A stretch of DNA of 64,000 nt, from contig JBDRRF010000067.1 of NCBI GenBank assembly GCA_043825875.1, positions 1 to 64,000 of the forward strand. The letters run 5' to 3'. The notes below the pieces were generated by a model that did not search any database, had not been told where the DNA came from, and saw only the letters and a program-made list of their open reading frames with translations. The position numbers were made by a program, and so were the translations under genes. This DNA is from Pseudomonadota bacterium (GTDB lineage: Bacteria; Desulfobacterota; Desulfobacteria; Desulfobacterales; RPRI01). Positions 60,587 through 64,000 of the stretch are shown one piece after another (position 1 is the stretch's first letter; each line of letters begins with the position of its first letter).

Positions 60587-61528
60587 CTACCGGTCATTAT
60601 TCATTACTTTTTCTATTCTCCGCCTGCGTCTTTCCATATATTCAGGGTATAAATCGGCATAAAACTTTTTCCACCTTTTATGCAACCAAAGCCATTGATC
60701 CGGATATTCTTTTATTATCTTCTCAACAACATCATTCATTAACTGTGTGTTTGTTACCAAATCATCACGCAAGCTTTTTGTTCTTGTTATTTGGATCGGG
60801 GGTTCAAAAATTATTCCCAGTTTATTGTCTTTATCTCTGATACAAAAAGCTGGAATCACGGGACTTTTACACCTTAAAGCGACAACTGCCGCAGCTGGAG
60901 TTGCTGTTACTTTTTTACCGAAGAAATTAACTTCAACTCCCTCAGAAGCTGTGGTGCTCTGGTCTATAAGAATCGCCAGAATATTACCACTGCGCACGGT
61001 CCGGTTCATTTCAGGCAAAGCCCCTTCCTTATCTATTATTGAATTTCCAAACCGGGTTCTCATTTTTAATGCCAATTTATTGATAATCGCAGAATCTATC
61101 TTTCTTGCAACAGAGGTCACAGAATGGCCAAAATAACAGGGGATATACAAAGAGGCTGACTCCCAGTTACCTATGTGAGCAGAAACTACTACAACTCCAT
61201 TCCCACCATTAATCGCATTACGAAAATGCTCCTCACCTTTTATTATATGAATATTTGCAAGAATATGTCTTTTTTTAAAAAAAGACATATGTATGATTTC
61301 AATAATAGTAATCCCAAAATTTTGAAAAACTCTTTTAGAAACTTTTCTTATTTTTTCATTATCCCATTCAGGATATATAAACTTTAAATTACTCTTTGTT
61401 GTCCGCCTGTGAGATATATCCGTATAATATAAAACAGCTCCGAGTATTTTACCTAAAGTACATACTATGCCTTTCGCTATTTTTCCGGTAAAAGGCATTT
61501 TTTTATCTTTTATCATATCTTCTTTCAT
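60587..61528 (-). CDS. Lipid A acyltransferase (LpxL/HtrB family)
   Basis: SAHIGNWE, IDQ, FFG, PDQWLWLHKRWK. Confidence 0.9.
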   Translation of the reverse strand: MKEDMIKDKKMPFTGKIAKGIVCTLGKILGAVLYYTDISHRRTTKSNLKFIYPEWDNEKIRKVSKRVFQNFGITIIEIIHMSFFKKRHILANIHIIKGEEHFRNAINGGNGVVVVSAHIGNWESASLYIPCYFGHSVTSVARKIDSAIINKLALKMRTRFGNSIIDKEGALPEMNRTVRSGNILAILIDQSTTASEGVEVNFFGKKVTATPAAAVVALRCKSPVIPAFCIRDKDNKLGIIFEPPIQITRTKSLRDDLVTNTQLMNDVVEKIIKEYPDQWLWLHKRWKKFYADLYPEYMERRRRRIEKVMNNDR

Positions 61529-61548
61529 TAAATATTTTCAATAATACG

Positions 61549-61689
61549 GAGCCACTTTAAACAATTCAGTTTGGTCAAGCTCAAGGCGGGAGAAAATTTC
61601 AACCACAGGAATACACCGAGTATTTCGAGGATTGAAATTTGAGCCCAACGCTTAAGATCGGCCAAAATGGGGCGTTTTGAAACTGGCTC
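61549..61689 (-). mobile_element. MITE-like repeat, copy 3 (inverted), flanked by a 4-bp direct repeat TACG
   Basis: Reverse complement of the 1-141 repeat; TACG at 61545-61548 and 61690-61693. Confidence 0.88.
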
Positions 61690-61919
61690 TACGGTATAGC
61701 TTAAATATCAGGTTTATAAAATCAAATTTATATGGATATTTCCAAAAGTTATAAATTATGATACACATCACTGATGTATATATTATAGTATTGATATACA
61801 ATCACGCACTTATTAATAATTTAAACAGAAAAACAGGCTGTTATCAACAATTATAGCTTAAATAAAAACTATACCGTAATTTATCAAGGATTTTTTTTAA
61901 GGACAACCAATTATAACGC

Positions 61920-63065
61920 ATGAAATTAGCTTTTTGTTTATTTAATTATTTTCCTTTCGGAGGTCTTGAACAAGACTTTCTTAAAATCAGCACAGAATGC
62001 CTTGATAGAGGGCATAGTATTGATATTTATACAATGAATTGGGAGGGAGAAAAACCGGACGGAACAACGGTTATTTCTGTCCCGTACCGGGGGAAAAGCA
62101 ACCACAGCCAGGTTGCCTCATATGCAGCTAATCTATTAAAACTAATTAAGCAAAAACATTATAATCTTGTAATAGGATTTAACAGGATTCCCGGACTTGA
62201 TATCTATTATGCTGCAGATGTTTGTTTTGCCGCACGAATAAAAAAACAACGCTCATTTTTATCCAGATACACACCCCGCTACCGCCTGTTTTCTGAGTTT
62301 GAAAAGGCTGTTTTTTCCAGGGACTCAAAAACCGAAATTATCATTCTTTCCGAAAAGGAAAAACTGATTTATCAATCCATATACAATACCGGGGAAAGTA
62401 GAATCCATATTGCACCTCCGGGTGTTGATAAAGATTATATTCGCTCATCTCTTGGCATTGAAACCCGAAATAATATCCGCAATAAGCTCGGACTTAATAA
62501 AAAAGATATATTTCTTTTAATGATAGGATCACATTTTCATACCAAGGGAGTAGACCGGTCAATCAAAGCTTTGGCCTCCCTGCCTTCTTTAATGCGGGAA
62601 TCAACTTATCTTTTTATTATAGGCAAGGGTAAAGAAAAGCCATACATCAAACTGGCGAAAAAACTGGGTGTTGAAAATAATGTTCGTTTTTTAGGTTCAA
62701 GAAGTGATATCCCTTTATTTCTGGAAGGAGCTGATTTTGTGCTACAGCCTTCACGCATTGAAAATACCGGCAATGTAATAGTTGAAGCCATTACCGCAGG
62801 AGTTCCGGTCATGGCAACGGATACTTGCGGTTATGCAATACATATTGAACGTGCAGATGCAGGCATAATACTGCCGTCTTCCCCGTTTAGCCAAAAAACA
62901 ATGAACAATATGCTAAAAGAAATGCTGACATCAGATAAAAAAGAAGCCTGGAAACACAATGCTTTGGCATATGCCGAAAAAACCGATCTTTATAATCGAG
63001 TCCGGATTGTAGCTGACCTGATTGAAGATATTGCAAAGAAAAAAATAGCGGCAAACAGTAAATGA
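61920..63065 (+). CDS. waaG: LPS core GT4 glycosyltransferase (WaaG/RfaG-like)
   Basis: YFPFGGL..DF, GFNR.PGLD.YYAAD, KGVDRSI, ENTG.V..EA. Confidence 0.88.
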   Translation: MKLAFCLFNYFPFGGLEQDFLKISTECLDRGHSIDIYTMNWEGEKPDGTTVISVPYRGKSNHSQVASYAANLLKLIKQKHYNLVIGFNRIPGLDIYYAADVCFAARIKKQRSFLSRYTPRYRLFSEFEKAVFSRDSKTEIIILSEKEKLIYQSIYNTGESRIHIAPPGVDKDYIRSSLGIETRNNIRNKLGLNKKDIFLLMIGSHFHTKGVDRSIKALASLPSLMRESTYLFIIGKGKEKPYIKLAKKLGVENNVRFLGSRSDIPLFLEGADFVLQPSRIENTGNVIVEAITAGVPVMATDTCGYAIHIERADAGIILPSSPFSQKTMNNMLKEMLTSDKKEAWKHNALAYAEKTDLYNRVRIVADLIEDIAKKKIAANSK

Positions 63066-63991
63066 ATTTTAGCAATTACAATACTCCAATATCAATTATA
63101 GAAAAACCGGGAAATGACGACGAAAGGCTGATAATCAACCGAAACTATCAGGATGTTTTATCTGATATTGGTTTTACAAGTTTTGATGTAGCCTGGTCTG
63201 ATATGAACAGTGAATTAATTGAACAAAAAAAAGACAGAAGTATTCTCCGTCTACAATTTCCTCTTACAAAAGAATATAAAATAAATAACCATAACAATCT
63301 GACTAAAAACACTTATTTTTATATAAAAAAATTCCGGCAGAAATTAACTTTAGGGCAAAGAGTAAAAAGTATATTCATGAAAGCAAATTTTTTGCCTGAA
63401 GGATTAATAGAATTTAATAACTACTGTCTTTTTCGTAAAAACGATTTAGCTACAGCCTCCCCCATTGCTACCGGCTATAAATTTGACAACTCTTCTTATG
63501 TTGATTCTTTTTTTGTTACGCAGGACTTTGCACCATTTATCGAACTTGAAAATATTATCCTAAATCAACCAGAAACACTTCATGGTAAAGAAAATCATAT
63601 CAAAAAAAGAAATATTCTTCGTGAAATAGCCTTATATGCCAAAAGAATGCACGATTGCGGTATCAACCATAAAGACTTTAACGCAACACATATTCTTCTT
63701 CAAAACCAGGATACACCAAAGCCTTTGATTGCTCTTTTTGATCTGCAAAGAATAGATTTAAATCCGCTTAACCGCATGCGCTGGCCGATAAAAGCTTTTG
63801 CTGAATTAAACTATACCTTGCCGTCATCTATTTTTACTGAAGAAGACAGGCTCTTTCTCTACTTAACTTATAAAAACAAAAAACAGCTTTCCACGATCGA
63901 CAGATTACAATATTTATGTATAAAAAGAAAAACCGAAAAGATTGCAAGGCATAGCAAAAAGAAAAACCTTGCGCCTAAGGCAGGTAATTAG
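63062..63991 (+). CDS. LPS kinase (Kdo/WaaP family)
   Basis: YFYIK, SFFVT, MH..GINHKDFNATHILL, LFDL. Confidence 0.85.
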   Translation: MNFSNYNTPISIIEKPGNDDERLIINRNYQDVLSDIGFTSFDVAWSDMNSELIEQKKDRSILRLQFPLTKEYKINNHNNLTKNTYFYIKKFRQKLTLGQRVKSIFMKANFLPEGLIEFNNYCLFRKNDLATASPIATGYKFDNSSYVDSFFVTQDFAPFIELENIILNQPETLHGKENHIKKRNILREIALYAKRMHDCGINHKDFNATHILLQNQDTPKPLIALFDLQRIDLNPLNRMRWPIKAFAELNYTLPSSIFTEEDRLFLYLTYKNKKQLSTIDRLQYLCIKRKTEKIARHSKKKNLAPKAGN

Positions 63992-64000
63992 GATTTATAG

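Noticed and set aside
1..61689. 142-bp repeats as a CRISPR array or integron attC sites
   Set aside because: Copies are dispersed singletons tens of kb apart; no spacers, cas genes, integrase or cassette arrangement
61761..61781. Short palindrome ATACACATCA-C-TGATGTATAT upstream of waaG
   Set aside because: Single occurrence, AT-rich, no assignable regulator
860..63075. Numerous short antisense or alternate-frame ORFs in the track (e.g. 1285-1878, 8197-8913, 25463-25957, 60289-60840)
   Set aside because: They overlap well-supported genes and show no recognisable motifs; treated as shadow ORFs

Overview
A 64-kb, AT-rich chromosomal window. The gene content points to an anaerobic sulfate-reducing deltaproteobacterium (Desulfobacteraceae-like; inference). 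The housekeeping backbone comprises cvpA-mazG-hisHF, ppdK, an RNase E/G gene, purB, yajC-secD-secF, dprA-topA, an ABC-F (Uup-like) gene, arfB, alr-ald and the start of an LPS core cluster. Interleaved accessory blocks: (1) a sigma54-controlled 'orange protein' (orp)-type Fe-S/metal cluster with an OrpR-like activator (CX8CX3C), extended here by an atypical receiver, a CGGC protein and a CoA-persulfide reductase-rhodanese (3518-12620); (2) a kinase / REC-HDOD / REC-degenerate-HD cassette; (3) a sigma54/IHF-controlled outer-membrane barrel; (4) a 14.7-kb c-di-GMP and MCP-less CheR/CheB signalling island; (5) a DUF3842-CooT-(IspH-UbiA fusion) operon. Non-coding signals read directly from the sequence: four copies (three close, one strongly diverged) of a ~142-bp hairpin-forming MITE-like repeat with a hypervariable central loop; a decayed heptamer-flanked cassette holding what looks like the C-terminus of a four-helix-bundle gene between cheR and cheB; and several isolated long inverted repeats. 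I saw no rRNA, tRNA, CRISPR array, intact transposase or prophage gene. All family calls come from motif recognition by eye, not database searches.
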